A stretch of 64,000 nucleotides of DNA from Negaprion brevirostris (taxonomy: Eukaryota). The position numbers were made by a program, and so were the translations under genes. The notes under the pieces were generated by a model. That model did no database searches and was not told the origin of the DNA. It saw only the letters and a program-made list of their open reading frames with translations. The stretch is taken from contig JARDVH010000106.1 in the NCBI GenBank assembly GCA_030324005.1, positions 41,016,640 through 41,080,639 on the forward strand, given 5' to 3'. Positions 62,619 through 64,000 of this stretch are shown one piece after another. Position 1 is the stretch's first letter, and every line of letters begins with the position of its first letter.

Positions 62619-62792
62619 GGGTGGGATTTTCTGTCACTCCCACCAGCCGAATTTTCTGGCCCAGCCAACAGCAACTCCCCCGCCGCAGATCGCAAACAAC
62701 GTTGACAGCGGTGGGGCCAGCAAGTCCCACCTTCAGCCAGTGGGCTGCCCCCGCTGCCACAAAATGCACCTCGGGGGCGGTGAATCCCACCC
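62619..62792. mobile_element. 174-bp MITE with 10-bp perfect TIR and ATT TSD (PIF/Harbinger-like)
   Basis: ATT|GGGTGGGATT ... AATCCCACCC|ATT. Confidence 0.8.
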
Positions 62793-64000
62793 ATTTAACA
62801 ATACTCAAGTCATTTTCTACAAAAGGGCAAGGAAAGGGAGAAAATTGAAAGAAAAGTAATGTCTTATGGAGCTCCATTCACTGACATATGCTCTGAAGCA
62901 AAAATAATGGAGTAAAGAAAGGACCTTGAAGTGTTTTGCTCAGCATCACATGGCATTTAAAACAAGGTGTGCTGGAATTATTGAATATAAAAAGAGAAAA
63001 AATCTTCAACAGATGGTCACCCTTGGACATGATGGGTACAATGCAGAGGGATCCTGTTTTACATCATTTCAATGCAGCTATTGCAGTCTCTTGTGCACTA
63101 ATTGGTGAAAGACTCACAGAAGAAATCTGTCAGTGAAAATAATTTTGAGGTCTCACATTTTAATTGCAAAAACTACAAGTAGCACAGTGGGACAACAATA
63201 TAGTGCACCACGACTGGAGCACACAGCAGGACTTCTCTCCCTACAAGATCGCTATCCAGTCAAGTCTATACAAGGTCATGGGCCAAATACTAGGAAATGG
63301 GATTAGAATAGGAAAGTAGTTTGTCTGTGATAAGTAGACATGATGGGCCAAAGGGCCTTTTTCTGCGCTGTATACCTCCATGACTCCTCGACTCTATGAC
63401 TAACTTAGTAGAGTGCCTCTTTATAGTGCCCCAGATAAGGGGAGATGGGGGCATGGAGGACCAGAGAAAATCAAAATGGAAAAGTCATCACTGTTTTGCC
63501 ATTGTGCCCTTCAGCTACTCACTGAGAAGCAACAGCAGGACTCCCGAGCTTAACTATTCCACGTACCAAACAGGAATGAGAAGTGTGATCATACAAGACC
63601 AGTATAGGGAGAAAATAAAGACATTTTGTACTCAAGAACTAAAAAGAATTGAGCTCCTTGATGAATAGTTATTTACAACTTACAGATCTATGTACTGAAA
63701 TGCCGTCATCTTGACATCTCTTGCATTGAACGAGGTTGTCAAGCAGCCTTTAGTTTGGGAGATAAGATAATGACAAAGATTCTTATTGTGCAAGTACGAC
63801 AGACTTGACTATTGAAATGGTGGCTGAACCAACGAAAATATGCCAGCACTCTCATTATGATAGTAGATACTAAATGACACAGTAACATCCCTAATTAATC
63901 ACTGCCTGACAGTCATCGAAACTCAGCTTTGTTTCGCTAAAATTCTTTGCAAATGAGAATAGAAGATGTGCCATGGTTGAGGGCCTATTTTCCCTTGTCC

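Noticed and set aside
1-64000. Host protein-coding gene from the ORF track
   Set aside because: Every recognisable peptide is TE-derived (CR1, L2, Rex, Gypsy, Penelope). The long ORFs run through N-gaps, and the others lie in SINEs or lack motifs and consistent splice phases.

Overview
This is vertebrate genomic DNA from a gapped draft assembly, almost certainly a shark or other elasmobranch, because it is saturated with HE1-type tRNA-derived SINEs and CR1/HER1-type LINEs. I recognise no host protein-coding exon. The ORF track consists of TE fragments, ORFs running through N-gaps and chance ORFs, so the window looks intergenic or deep intronic. Content: about 16 HE1-like SINE copies with two different 3' tails; a second tRNA-SINE family and its tail-sharing LINE; DeuSINE remnants; CR1, L2 and Rex/Babar LINE fragments; a decayed Mag-clade Ty3/Gypsy element with both LTRs (46368-50573); solo-LTR-like pieces; TIR elements/MITEs with 3-bp TSDs; and Penelope-like elements carrying minimal hammerhead ribozyme motifs. 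A TE-poor AT-rich block at about 37.7-43.2 kb looks like a cluster of conserved non-coding elements. The most notable feature is a short retroposon whose head is U2 snRNA nt 1-40, with a second internal U2 stem-loop I overlapping an octamer motif. It occurs twice: 31129-31646 with the U2 head and 15856-16112 without it. All family assignments are by eye, from recalled consensus motifs, and repeat boundaries are approximate.
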